Assembly (NCBI GenBank): GCA_951406725.2
Contig: OX597815.1
Coordinates: forward strand, 142,848,001 to 142,912,000
Length of the DNA stretch: 64,000 nt
DNA from: Octopus vulgaris
Taxonomy: Eukaryota
Reading direction: 5' to 3'
Each line of letters begins with the position of its first letter. Position 1 is the first letter of the stretch. The notes beneath the pieces are model-generated. The model did not search any database. It was not told the DNA's origin and was given only the letters and a program-made list of their open reading frames with translations. Positions 1-12,994 of this stretch are shown here, one piece after another. The translations under genes and the position numbers were made by a program.

Positions 1-386
1 GTCCGTTGACATAGTTCAAGGGCAGAATCAAGGTAGGAGAAGGAAGGTATAGGAAAATTAATGTTAGTGAATGTATTCTGTATGACTGGTGTTTATATTT
101 GATTAATTTTATGAATGAGTGCTCGAATGTATGAGTGTGTAAAATTGCCTTAATGTGTGTGTGTGTGTGCGTCTTTGAATGCGTGAAAGTGTGTGTGGAA
201 GGCAGAGAGAGAGAGATAGCAAGAATTAACGGTCAAGAACTGAAAAGACTGAGTCTGTGTGTTCGAATGTGTCAACTTAATACCCTATGGTCGTAACTTC
301 AACCGTGCCTTTTCTGTTGTGAGTTTGCTACCCAGGTATCGATTATCTTTCGAATTATCCGTAATAAGATAATTCATTTGTCTACT

Positions 387-388
<2 letters not shown>

Positions 389-467
<79 letters not shown>
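389..467. repeat. (TA)n(GA)n compound microsatellite
   Basis: Directly visible dinucleotide runs. Confidence 0.95.
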
Positions 468-468
<1 letters not shown>

Positions 469-501
469 AAAGTAAAGTTGTAAGGTACCGCACGAGTGGA
501 A

Positions 502-954
502 ATATATATGAAAGAAGGTTTGAATATACAATTTTAAAGATGTTTACTCACTTGACCGGTTTCACTTTTTAGAAAAAGTTTGTCAAAAGTAAAATGTAAA
601 GCTTTGTATGAGTCTCTTTGTGTTAAGTACTGCTTATCACAAAAGTATTAAAGAAAACGAAATACATTCTTTGATAACAATAAGAAAATGTTTTTCTTCA
701 TGATTTTTATTGAACTCTACTTTTTGGAGTTCCGTTCTGATTACTTTCTTACATACTTTCTTGTAAACTGTTTTTAACATTTTCTTATTCTTATCAAAGA
801 ACGTATTTCTGTTTTTAATACTTTTGTGATAACCAGCACTTAACACAACAAAGCTCATACAAAACCTTATATTTTACTTTTGACAATCTTTTTCTAAAAA
901 AAGTGAAACCGGTCAAGTGAATAAACATCTTTAAAATCGCATTTTCAAACCTTC

Positions 955-965
<11 letters not shown>
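502..965. mobile_element. Foldback element with ~190 bp inverted arms, each carrying a hammerhead-like motif (Penelope pseudo-LTR-like or MITE)
   Basis: The left arm atgaaagaaggtttgaa...ttgaccggtttcac...aagaaaatgtt is the near reverse complement of aacattttctt...gtgaaaccggtcaa...ttcaaaccttctttcat; the right end abuts (TA)n. Confidence 0.8.
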
Positions 966-1007
<42 letters not shown>

Positions 1008-1515
1008 AATAAACACAGCATACATTTTTATGAGTTACTAATAGTTTCATGCGATGAAAATTACTCAGCAGTGTATAACATTTCTGATGACTTCACGCAA
1101 TCCCCAGCCATGCCCACATGGCATAACAAAAATATATGTAATCAATGATGTGTTCCTGCGGAACCACAGTCATATGAGTGTAACAAGTTAAATATTCTTG
1201 TATTTTGGGGTGGTAATTTTTTCTTTTTACCATCCCGAAAAGGATTTAGCATCTTTGCATCCAAACAGAGGGATGGTATTATCCTCTGCGTAATATTATG
1301 CACCATTGCTCTGCTCTGGTTGAAGTCACACATGTGTGACGAAAGATTTCCGAATAATCGGCATGAATTAAAATAATAATAATAATAAACGAATGAAGAA
1401 CAAATTTTTAGTGCGTGTGTTTATTTGGCAAAAAAAAGGCCGTCCCAAAATACAACAATATCTGTTTCAACACACGATTTCACATCAGAAATCTTGCAAC
1501 ACAAATTGATAAATG

Positions 1516-1584
<69 letters not shown>

Positions 1585-3844
1585 TTAACTGTGGAACTCG
1601 AATTAGATAAAAACTATAAATAAACGCAGAATATTGACTTAAAATAAGAACTAGAACAGAACCGAGTGGATTCATTCCCACGAGTGTTCCTTGGTGCTTT
1701 GCAATCTAAGACGTTTATAGGCTATTTTCTACATGCAGTTAATTATACCTTTATGTACTTCGAGTTTTAGCGTTAAACGATTTATTTCATAACTAACGTA
1801 GTTTCCAAATAAATAAACAAACGAATGTTCCTATAATTTAAACAACATATATTTGAACAGTTTGTCTCATAATAACCGAAGTATAAACGTGTATATCATA
1901 TACTTCCAAACGTTAATATTTTTTTCAATATCTTAATTTAGAACTTAAAGACTTTAGTAGACGCGGCTGCTATAAGTTTTTGGCAAAAAGCCACGTATTT
2001 AGTTCTTTTCTACAACATGAACTTCACAAGTTTACCTACTTAAACTTTGATAATAATATATTAATATAGTAACACTGAAAATAATTGTTGCGAAAAAGTG
2101 AACTCTACAGGGGTTCAAGTTGCCTTTTAGCTGAAGCCTATTTTACAAAGGACGAAGTATTGTGTTTATAGACAATCTGCCGTCAGTCTATATTCCCTAT
2201 TCCCTTTTGTTCAATTACAGTAAATGTGATATTGTAAACAAAAGAAATTTATAGAACGTTACTAAAGAAATCATATTACCAGTGTGAAAGAAACAATTGG
2301 CGTCTTATCCAAGAGAGGTTTTCCATAATTATTATCTTTTGAAATAGAGGTCTCCTTTAATTTTGCACGAAAATTAATATTTGTTAATATTGTTCAGACG
2401 AAATGGTTTCAAAGAGAATTAATAATAATCTCAAATTAATATTTAAAACAGGGATTTGTGACATGGTCTTTTGAGACTTGTATTCACATTAATGCTTTGT
2501 AAAGTTGGCGCTATATAATGAAAGTGGCTGGCTGTGGAGCAGACGCCATGACGGTCACTGTCATAACATTTAGTTTTGAGATCAAATTCTACTGAGATTA
2601 AATGCTGTACGATCGAAAATATACAAACGGTATTTTGTGTCATTTCAATCGACTGCTGTATTCCTTTTTAATACGACTTTGTGAAGTTTGATTCACAAGG
2701 AGATATTTCTGAAAATAAGGGTTACTCTATCTCTCAGTGGATGTCTATCACCGTTCGCAATATTTCATAGGTCTTGTTGCCCATCACAAATAGGACAATG
2801 ATCGGAGGTGGAATTTAAACACAGAACACAGAAAGCTGCAAGACATCTCACTTGACGCTCTAATAACTCTATGTATCCATCCACACGGACAGCTAGTTTA
2901 TTTATCAACCTCAAAACGATAATAAAATTGAGCCAATATCAGTGGGATTTGTAAAAAAATTGCCGGGAACGAAGAAATATTGGAAAGTATTATATCCTAC
3001 TCTGTTACGACTCTGCTAGTTTAGTATCTACTGCTGCGCTATACATTAGCGGTAATTATATATGAATGTGTTATAATTATGTATGAAGATTTGTCATACT
3101 GATGCCAAGTTTTGAATAAATACAATCACTACCCTGGTACCTCATTCTTTTTTACTATAAACAACACAACCATATCTGTTCTCGAAAAATCAGTATTTTC
3201 TGTTTCTCTAAAATAGCTAGCTACATACTCTCAGCCGAATGCCTAATCCATTCCAGTCACCTACAGTGGAACAAATCATAACTACATATTTTTTGTTATC
3301 AATTGTATACACCCAAATCTTCCACAAGTATCTCTTGTTCTGAAACAGCTAGTTACGTACTCTTTCCCACCATCAACATTGTATATCCCTCTTTACAATC
3401 TCCCTGAAACACTTATTCCATTAACCTCACTCAGTACAATTTGCTATTTTGTCCCGACCAAATTATTTTTTCTACAAGCATTACACTATAGATATTAACG
3501 CTGAATGTTATCCATATCAATCTTACCAACTTGTATAGACAGGAAAACATAATGGGCATAAGACACACGCAGGTGTAAGCTTGTATTATTGTGGATATCC
3601 GTTTCATAAAGTAGCCTTCATTCATTGATGTCACAAATCACCACAAACTTACGTTTCTCCAAACGCGATATTATGGTTTTCGTTGATTGCACTCAAATAT
3701 ATTTGTGATAGAACACTTGCATATATATGAACATTTATTTATGCAGAGCATTCAGTGACTTTCTAAACACTTTGTTTATATTCATAGATCATGTATTATT
3801 TAGCCGCAGAAAAGCAACAGAACCACTTTGAGATAAGTAGAATA

Positions 3845-4585
3845 AGCTTCGATAATTCGAGGGTGATGGAGCCGGGACCCTCCATAGAAGTATGTGACCG
3901 TTTCTTTGGACAGACTGAACTATGGTGAGCACATTGGTATGGGACTTTACTTATGTTTTTGGATCGGATCATAAGTTATTACACAGGCATCTAACTGTAT
4001 TACAACTCACGTGGTTTCTCTGTTTCTTAACTATTAATTATATTGAGTGATGCATTTTGTAGCGGGTGTGTTAAATGGTAAAGTATAGGGTGCATTATCA
4101 GGAAACTTGGTTCGATTTACATGAACCGAAGGATACTTGGCCATATCTACACCGATCGGGAGATGAGTAGCCATATTTTGTTACGTCAAAGTTTTAAAAT
4201 AGGTTAAGGTGATCGAGATTTGGTTGTCCGTTTGCGAAATCTTGATAACTCCTGCTATCCTAAGGTAATCTTCAAAGTGAGTTTGCCACCTGAGACATCG
4301 ATTAGCTTTCTTTACTGCTTAACATAGTTCTGTATATTGGTTTGGATAGCAGAGGTACCTCAAACTTCTTTAAGACTTAAATCTATTTTCATCATGACCA
4401 GGAATGGCCCCAGTCTTGGTAGAACATAAATAGGATGCAACATCAACAAGAACTATAGCAACGCCAACAATATCCAAGAGACCCAACTCTAAACCGTACC
4501 TCTATTCGTTGCTCTTGACAAAGAGACAGCCATGTGCTATGTTTACGGTTTTGATGTGACCTCTTAGTTAATAGTTCAGTTTGTT
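3845..4585 (-). pseudogene. Degenerate 28S rRNA fragment (core region 3' of D2)
   Basis: Colinear matches to conserved antisense 28S motifs: aagttattacaca~GAGTTGTTACACA; aaagttttaaaataggttaagg~AAAGTTTGAGAATAGGTTGAG; cctgctatcctaaggtaatcttc...tcgattag~CCAGCTATCCTGAGGGAAACTTC...TCGATTAG (about 37/55 ungapped); ccaggaatgg~CCAGGCATAG. Confidence 0.7.
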
Positions 4586-5027
4586 CCAAACATTCCCAAC
4601 AGACTGGCAATAAATGTTTATCAGAGACTAGCGATTATCGATCTGAAATATTTTAGCTGTGTATTAGTATAAATACTGTAAGAATAAAGTAATGGTATGT
4701 TTTCTTGAAATATGAATTTTCTCAGTATTGATACTTTTGAAAGTTTCTCATATATCAACTGAGAATATATGTCTACAGCATGTCCACAGATATCACAATA
4801 TAGTCTTGGTGGAGTGGTACAATAGGAATACAGAAAGTAAATGATGGAATACTGTGCTCTCTTAGCTGCATGCTTCTTAATTCGTTTAATAGTATATAGT
4901 GTATTATTCTTAATTTTAAAAAGGTACGATTTTGGTAGAGGTAAACACGCCTGGATTTACACCACGAATGTTAGACTAAAGATTGAAAAGCAAACGTCAA
5001 TATTTGATGAGATGGAGGAACTTAAGA

Positions 5028-5822
5028 CACAAGGTGTTCGGGCTAATTTTGACGATGGCTGTGTCTCCTTTCGACAGGAACAGCTTGATGTGTCGTAGTT
5101 CATAAAAAAAATTAGCTCACATGAGGGATTATGATCCATCTCAATATGGGAAAAGAGTTACCTGTATCATGACGATTCACGCCGGTTATCAAAATGTGGC
5201 CATCATGACTGCTGTTCTGTGAACGTTGTAAAGGCTGTAAGACGTAACACGGAGAGCAACAACGGAGACTACGATGCCATACCCTCCGGGAGAGGACATA
5301 TTAGACCTGCTCACTGTGTCCGTACGCTAGAGGTCTTCCCCAAGTCATTGAAGGCTCAATTCAAATGTTTGGAGAAGATTGCTGCAGGAAAGCCATATAT
5401 GTAGCAGTAGGATTCGGTCCGTTGCCATAGTTCCGGGAAGAATCAGAAGTAGATCTCTGAGAATTCCTACAACTTCACCAACCTCAATTCCTGGCTTCTT
5501 AATTGCATAGATAACTGGAGTGGGGCGTGTTTGAGAAAGACATCAACCGCTCTGTCTACAACAATAAGGCCGATCTGCAAGCCCATATCAAGGAGGTGTT
5601 TATAAATCTTCCATGGGACACAGTGAGATATGTAGGCACAAGGTTCCGGAGCCGCCTTGAGACCACAGTGTAAGCGGAGGATGGCTACTTTAAGTAAACT
5701 GTTATCTCCCAGCCGTAATCTAGTTATGCTTTGAATATTTTTCTAAAATATTTTTATTTTTGGATGGGTTATTGTCTGACTTTTTTTAATGTAAACTCTC
5801 AAATCTAGTTCGAACACACTAT
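5028..5822 (+). mobile_element. Internally deleted Tc1/mariner (maT/DD37D-like) transposon relic
   Basis: Imperfect TIRs aaggtgttcgggctaattttga / tcaaatctagttcgaacacact. Disrupted transposase C-terminus: PYM*QQDS..H, WGVFEKDINR, RFRSRLE...EDGYFK*. Confidence 0.8.
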
Positions 5823-6514
5823 ATGATATAATTTATCAAACGATACGAAAACCATTGTGGGCTGCATTTCAGTCGCAAGGGTTAGATCGAGCTGAGGCTA
5901 CAGATTGAAGCACCTACTAAGAAACTGCGAAGTGAGATTACACTCGAAACTACAAAAGTTCTTTAGCATAATCATTCGCTTTACAAACGATTGACCGAAA
6001 GAGAGGAACCTGGTAAAAGCATCATAGATAACTGAGAACAGAATTTGGACGTATAAGGTGGCAATTGCATTTGGATAGTAAGTCCTAAATTTATACTGGA
6101 GAATAAGGGATACGTTCCGACTATAGATGTAACTGAAATGAAATGCAACGCTAGTTGAAACTACATTTTAGGTTCACACTTTCTATAAATGTTATACTGA
6201 GTCATTCAATATATCTGGCATAAGTATTATGTCTATATAGGTATTAAAGTTTTGATTGCTGTTTACGTGTTAGCCATTTGGTAGAATTGTTGCTAAGAAA
6301 TGACTAGATATTTTAGTTTGTCTGTGATTAGTTTCTAATTGGGATAATTTAATCAAGAAGAAAAGTGAGTGCATTAGCTCAAGGTAGTGAAGTTCTCTGC
6401 AGGAAGGAATAACTTTATTGACTTGCAATTTCATGAAAGATTTAGAGAATACAATAGCAATATTTGGTAACTATTTAACCGTAATCAAATGAGACAAACG
6501 CCGTGAGCAAGATA

Positions 6515-6740
6515 ATTTCGACATTATTCCAAAGACACCCTTCTGTTATCGATGATTAGTATTAATGGTTAAAAATGCAGAACCCCGTTGGTGCTGCATT
6601 TTATAATCATCTCAACCAACTTAGTCCTTCTTATTTAAGAAGAAACGTTATGTGTACAATCAAAGGTCATGTCTTTCAAATTAGGTTCTATAATTTCCAT
6701 AATATAAGTTCCGCAGTCTGAGATGAATATATTCAGGTAT
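6515..6740 (-). pseudogene. Degenerate 5' end of 28S rRNA
   Basis: accccgttggtgctgcatt~ACCCGCTTTGGGCTGCATT; ttccgcagtctgagatgaatatattcagg~CTCCGCTGACTAATATGCTTAAATTCAGC (20/29), in the expected order. Confidence 0.55.
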
Positions 6741-7034
6741 ATATTATGTTTGCAGGCAAGTCCTTTTCTTCGAATTGGATCTACTACGCAACTGTAATTT
6801 ACAAATACTTCTCAATACTTTGAGACTTTATATACAAACGTAAATTAAAGGTCAAGCAATATTTGTCTTGTGGTTCGATAATAGCGTGTGCAAAACCCAA
6901 TTATGCACGCAGTGGCTTTACAATACAATATTTAAATAGCTTTGACTTTAATCCTACTGTACGCAGGAAATAATTGCCTCAAGAATATCGGTTTCAAACG
7001 TAGCTGCTAAATTCTCTCAAAAGTTGAACACAGA

Positions 7035-7150
7035 AGCTGATGCTCATTGATGTATAATTATTTGGAAACCCAGTGTTAAATGTAACGCTTTGAAAAGTCC
7101 ACTTTGTCGGCAGTTCTACATTAATAATTTGGTTTTTAATCGACGTTCTA
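7035..7150 (-). pseudogene. Degenerate 5.8S rRNA
   Basis: gatgctca~GACGCTCA, ggaaaccc~GGAACCC, gcagttctacattaat~GCAATTCACATTAAT, gtttttaatcgacg~GTTCTTCATCGACG; lies about 300 bp beyond the 28S 5' end (ITS2-sized gap). Confidence 0.55.
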
Positions 7151-7459
7151 CAACATATTTTCTTCGTTCGATCATATTTTGATTTCTTTTTTACTTCTTT
7201 TGTCCCGTTGTCCCGATTTTCTTATCTTCCAGATCCGCCGAGTACCAGTTTATGGGAAACGTGACTTAAGGACCTATGTCTCATGAAGGTGGTAATGGGG
7301 TATACATGAAACTGATGTCTTCTTTTATGTTTCACTTGCTTCAGTTATTTGACTGCGGTGATCGGGTGTTGAGTACAACAAATCGATCCGAGTACTCGTT
7401 TGGAAAACAACTACTCTTCCCCACAAATTACATGTCCAAGACCTGGAATTTGTGAAAAG

Positions 7460-7632
7460 GGGTTAGCGGTTTACATCACCCCAGAACTTGACTGGTACTT
7501 ATTTTATCGACCCCGAAACGATGAAAGGAAAAGTCGATCTCGGCGAAATTTGAACTCAGAACGTAACGACGGATGCGATACCGCTAGGCATTTTCCCCGG
7601 TATACTAAAGATTCTGCCATCTCGCCGCCTTA
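7460..7632 (-). mobile_element. SINE family A copy (tRNA-derived)
   Basis: Reverse complement of ggcggcgag..ggcagaatc / gagttcaaatt (A/B boxes) and the cctttcatc..ggggtcgataaa..agtaccag core shared with more than 20 copies in the window. Confidence 0.85.
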
Positions 7633-7646
7633 ATAATAAAAATAAT

Positions 7647-7678
<32 letters not shown>

Positions 7679-7739
7679 AGAACGAAAGAGAGATATATTA
7701 CTTAATACAGGCTGTAACTATAGAGTACTAACTATAGAA

Positions 7740-8270
7740 ATAAAAACGAAAATTGAGGAGTACATCAAAAGTGTAGGGAACCAAATGAAGTCAAATCTAA
7801 ATGGTTCGAATCTAGTGAAGGCTGTAAATACTAGGGCAATACTCAGCAGCTTTTCTAGATTGCACAAAAACTGAATTCGCAAAGCTAAACAGAACTAGGA
7901 AGGAATTCAATATGAATGGAGGACTCCACTCATAGGCAGGGGTGGCAACACTGTACTTACCAACAAAAGAAGGTGGAAGAAGGTTAATATCAGTAGAAGA
8001 ATGCGTGGATTTAGCTAGGGTATAGACTTCTATTAGATAATAGTGAAGAAAGTTTATTAAGAGCTGCTAGAGTTACAGCAAGACATAGGGAAATCCCCAA
8101 AAAGTCAAACAAATTTAAAAACCATAAAAAAACAAAAGTTATCTGACTGGCGGGAGAAGGTTTTACATTGTAGTTTCCCTATGTTAGTTGAACCAAACAG
8201 TAGTTGTGAGACATGGTTATGGTTGCAGAAACGAAGGATAACGAAATGTATCTAATAATGCAGCTAATAA
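7740..8270 (+). mobile_element. R4/Dong-like non-LTR retrotransposon RT C-terminal fragment
   Basis: Disrupted translation MKSNLNGSNLVKAVNTRAI...NGGLH..VATLYLPTKEGGRRLISVEEC, matching the LYLPRxEGGRGL motif of RLE-clade elements. Confidence 0.75.
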
Positions 8271-8336
8271 GTACCTAAATCTCCGCAATACAACATCTAC
8301 TGCAAATAAGCAACATATTGACGAGCGTGAATCCAA

Positions 8337-8720
8337 TGGATGGAAGCACTCCGTCGGTTCCGACGACGAGGGTTCCGGTTGATCCGATCAACGTAACAGC
8401 CTGCTCGTGAAATTAACGTGTAAGTGGCTGAGCACTCCACAGACACGTGTACCCATAACGTAGTTCTCGGGGATATTCAGCGTGACACAGAGAGTGACAA
8501 GGCCGGCCCTTTGAAATACAGGTACAACAGAAACAGGAAGTAAGAGTGAGAGAAAGTTGTGGTGAAAGAGTACAGCAGGGATCACCACCATCCCTGCCGG
8601 AGCATCGTGGAACTTTATGTGTTTTCGCTCAATAAACACTCACAACGCCCGATCTGGGAAACGAAACCGCGATCCTACGACCTCGAGGCCGCTGCCCTAA
8701 CCACTGGGCCATTGCGCCTC
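8337..8720 (-). mobile_element. SINE family C copy (tRNA-like head, long-tail variant)
   Basis: Head gaggcgcaatggcccagtggttagggcagcgg...ggtttcg (A/B boxes), shared with the copies at 29558 and 39131. Confidence 0.85.
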
Positions 8721-9227
8721 GGATTCCAATAAATGTACTATGAATAATAGTAAAGCTGAACTCATCACACTACTAATAATCAAGCAAACCTTGTAGTATA
8801 TAACTTCACTGTGTCCCATGAATAACCAATGCCTTAAGGAAAATATAGTGTATAAGTGCTCTATTATCGTTCTTCGTAAAGAACATGTTAACATTAATTC
8901 GTCCACTTCCTTTTCAAATTTCACAGGAATATTCACAGACCTATATTTAGGCATGAAGAGAACGCTAACAGTATATATGTAGGTAAATTTGTACACTCTC
9001 TCACTGATAATACCATTGCATTTAAAATTACTTTGTGTGTTGTATGTAATTCACAACTATATAAAGGTTGCGGTGACTGATGTGGCCTCTGTGTATCTGT
9101 GTATAAAATGAAATTGAATATTATGCATCAACGTGATGAATTGATTGTGAGATGCAAGCATATAAATTATTTATTATTTATTATATATCTACGCTAATAA
9201 ACTTTATAAGTTAGATCAATGCAATGG

Positions 9228-9775
9228 AATAATTCCCTAGCTTGTTTAACCTACCTTAATAATGGATATTGTTTTGGACTATATTAAAACAATCTGCTAT
9301 TTGTAAGAATATTTATGCCAACACCTTAATATGAATCGTAACTGCATGCTAGCTAATTGCATATCATGGTTAACCATATTTTGGGATTATCCTGTAATAG
9401 ATAATGTATTAGAGAATATCCAGACATTTTACCACCTATATCAATATAATTGAATAATTCCCTGCCTTATTAACGATACTTTGTTTTCACATTCGTGATG
9501 TACCATATTCTAACATTCTGCAATTTGTAAAAATAATTATTATCCATTGATGCTAGCGCCTTCAATAAGACAATTCCTATATGCTAACTATACCCAAGCT
9601 TACACGTAATTATTGAACTTACGCTAATAAGTGTTTCCCTAGATTAATGCAAATGAATAATTCTCTACCTGGGTTATCCATAATTTGATAGGTAATGCAT
9701 TAAACCATATTCAGACATTATGCTGTTTGTAAAAATACTTTTTCCCCGTTGACATACAACATTCCAGGTTATTGT
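9228..9775. repeat. Degenerate ~200-225 bp tandem repeat (about 3 units)
   Basis: aataattc(c/t)ct at ~9229, 9453, 9656, each followed by ..atatt..acat(t)ctgc..tttgtaa(a/g)aata. Confidence 0.55.
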
Positions 9776-10048
9776 ATTTAATAGCTAAACTATATCTTAC
9801 ATATTGCTACCTTCTAATGAGCTCACGAGTCTGTTATTCTACTCCTTGATCCTTCTACATACCCCTGTTCTTCACTCCATCTTAGATATTATTTTCTTTT
9901 TATTATCATGATCCATTAAATTTACATCTGTTATCCACTTGGCAAATTCAATAAAATAAAAGTGTTTAATTTATAGCATTACCAACCGGTTATATCTTTA
10001 TATTCATATGCTTCCATATGAGTTCGTATACATGTTAGTTAAATCAAG

Positions 10049-10102
<54 letters not shown>

Positions 10103-10201
10103 CGTTTTTATACATATATGTGTGTTTTTGTATGAATTTATATGTATCTGCATGGTTTGTACACTTAAGTACAAAAGCATAAATACACATAAATATACGT
10201 G

Positions 10202-10266
<65 letters not shown>

Positions 10267-10456
10267 CATTATATATAAGGGCTTAGTAAAATAAATTACT
10301 TTGCCACATACTGAACTCATTAGAAATAGCAGCTAAAGAAATTTCTTCAGCTATTTCTAATACTTAAAGAAGATCTCTCTCAGATAGTGTTTGCCTAAAC
10401 CAACTCACAAAGGTATGGGGGAAAAAAACATTAAAAAATCAAGTGCAAAGGTTATT

Positions 10457-10508
10457 TGAGAACGTACGTTTCTAGATTAGTCAATTCGACATTTCTTTCG
10501 TCAGCTCA
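10457..10508 (-). ncRNA. Type I hammerhead ribozyme motif
   Basis: Minus strand: tgag CTGACGA a aga-aat-gtc-gaatt-gac-taa-tct a GAAA cgtacg TT ctca. Confidence 0.7.
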
Positions 10509-11014
10509 GAATTCCTTGAATCGGATTTGGGAACACTGAAAGTTGGGAGCATACCCTTTCGGCTTCTTATCACCTCTAGGATTCTGCTCGAACTAAAAGT
10601 GCTATCAAATTCGAATATGCAAGCGAAGAATTTCTGCTCTCCCCTTTCCACCAGCGTGGGTTAAAATTGACAAACATCATGTATTAACGGTGAAAACCGC
10701 AGCATTTAACAGAGAGAGATGAATTATAATTTCAACAATTGAGGGTAAAATTAATTAATTATTAATCAATTTCACCAAGTATTCAGTATGTAAAGGGACC
10801 ATTTTAGGCGAATTCAAAATATTACATTATATATAAGGGCTTAGTAAAATAAATTACTTTGCCACATACTGAACTCATTAGAAATAGCAGCTAAAGAAAT
10901 TTCTTCAGCTATTTCTAATACTTAAAGAAGATCTCTCTCAGATAGTGTTTGCCTAAACCAACTCACAAAGGTATGGGGGAAAAAAACATTAAAAAATCAA
11001 GTGCAAAGGTTATT

Positions 11015-11066
11015 TGAGAACGTACGTTTCTAGATTAGTCAATTCGACATTTCTTTCGTCAGCTCA
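11015..11066 (-). ncRNA. Type I hammerhead ribozyme motif (second monomer)
   Basis: Identical to 10457-10508. Confidence 0.7.
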
Positions 11067-11281
11067 GAATTCCTTGAATCGGATTTGGGAACACTGAAAG
11101 TTGGGAGCATACCCTTTCGGCTTCTTATCACCTCTAGGATTCTGCTCGAACTAAAAGTGCTATCAAATTCGAATATGCAAGCGAAGAATTTCTGCTCTCC
11201 CCTTTCCACCAGCGTGGGTTAAAATTGACAAACATCATGTATTAACGGTGAAAACCGCAGCATTTAACAGAGAGAGATGAA

Positions 11282-11354
<73 letters not shown>

Positions 11355-12994
11355 GGCTTTATCTTGATATGTATGCATAAATGTATGCATGTGTACCCAT
11401 ATATGTTTAACTGTATGGTTGTATATTTGAATTTGCATATCACATAGTCATGTATATTTATTTGCATTTATATTGTTCCAGGCGATTATGCATATTTATA
11501 TGTAAAATTTATGCATATTTAAGTAAGGTTAAATGTGCGTTTGTGTGTGCGTGCGCTCCTGTGTGCGTGCGTGTGCGCTGCTGTATGCGTGCGTGTTCGC
11601 TCACGTGTTTGCGTGTATTTTTGTGTATGTATGTGCGTGTATTTCTGTGCATTTGCATGTTTAGGTGTCTATATACCTGTATATATGTCTATAAGTATAC
11701 TTATGCATTTTTGTGAGTATGGGCGCGTTTGCAGGTAAATATGCTTGTACAGATATGTATCTGCATAAGATTTACTACTCATACATGCGCGTGCATCTAT
11801 ACACGCATCTATGTGTAAGTGCACCTATGTGTATATGTAGCTACAGGTACCTATATGAATGTAATTTGTATACGTATGTCCATTTATATCCTGCGTTTCT
11901 GTATGTGCTTTGTATGTATTTATATATGCGTATGGGCTTATACTTATGTATATGTATACATATAGGTTTCCGGGTGTATTAATGTCTGTCTTAATGCGGT
12001 CTATATGTATATTAATTGGTATAATAGTGTTCAAGTGTGTGTGATGTGTTTGTTCTTGGTATGTTAATGCTTATATATGTATATATGCTTTTATGCAGGA
12101 GTTAGTATCGTTTTGGTTTCACTACAGTTCATTAAGATAGGAGGTATTCTTTGAGGTTTACTAAGAAAATGTGATAAAATAAAGATCCATAGGCTTCCAT
12201 GTGTGATCAAAAACATTTTAATCTTATTTAAAATTTACTGTTGTTCAATAATATCTTCATATTTCGTATATTCTTTTTATTTCCAGCTGTCTGTTCCCAA
12301 TTTTATTTATATTATATGTACTATTATATATCTTTATTTTTTCTTTACTATTTTACTTCTTCTTCTATCCCTTTCTGAGCTTTGTTAACATTAAGATGGT
12401 TAATCCCCTTAACTGAGATCCAACACTTTCATTGCTATGAAACAAAATATACTTATTTCTAATGACAATGCCAAGCTAATTCAATGTAGTATTGATTTTT
12501 CCATTCATTGTATATATAGAGAAAATTTTGTATGTATACTTAGAGTTGAAGTACTGAAATATTTTGTATGTATACTTAGAGTTGAAGATGTTCTGGTGTT
12601 TTGAAACGGTAGCTTTCTTTATCTACAATCATTTGTATAAATGCAGTTGTATTGTATAATACGTAGCGTGCATATTAGTGCAGAAATGTAGAATGCTGTG
12701 AAACGGCCATATTTCTAAGGATGACAAGTGGATAAATAAGTATATTAATTTTCATACCTCCTCACATTTTATGATATAGTGTGGGTAGTTACAGTATATA
12801 CCAAAATATTTCCAGTCCCCTATATATAGTAAAGATTATTTGCCAACACAACGTGGTATTTCTGGTTCAGGACGAATGTTACTGTTATTTAGCCCCAGGA
12901 AACATTGTCCCCAGCTAGATATACGACACACTATCTGTGTCTTTATATTTTCGAACAAGTAAGTTTAGCATCCCAACCCATCACAAAACAATAT

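Larger units (their letters stand above)
10266..11285 (-). mobile_element. Tandem 558 bp monomers (1.8 copies) each with a type I hammerhead; retrozyme/Penelope pseudo-LTR-like
   Basis: 10266-10727 appears identical to 10824-11285; embedded in (TA)n; hammerhead motifs at 10457-10508 and 11015-11066. Confidence 0.8.

Noticed and set aside
1060-1335. Coding-like minus-strand stretch
   Set aside because: No family recognisable; frames interrupted.
4061-4120. tRNA-like look (gcgggtgtg..aatggtaaa..ggttcgat)
   Set aside because: No cloverleaf; better explained as part of the antisense 28S relic.
5855-5990. Short exact 28S-like words (gggctgcatt, taatcattcgctttac)
   Set aside because: Out of colinear order with the other rRNA matches and may be chance; not used as evidence.
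12525-12587. 27 bp direct repeat
   Set aside because: Two copies only; a local slippage duplication, not CRISPR-like.
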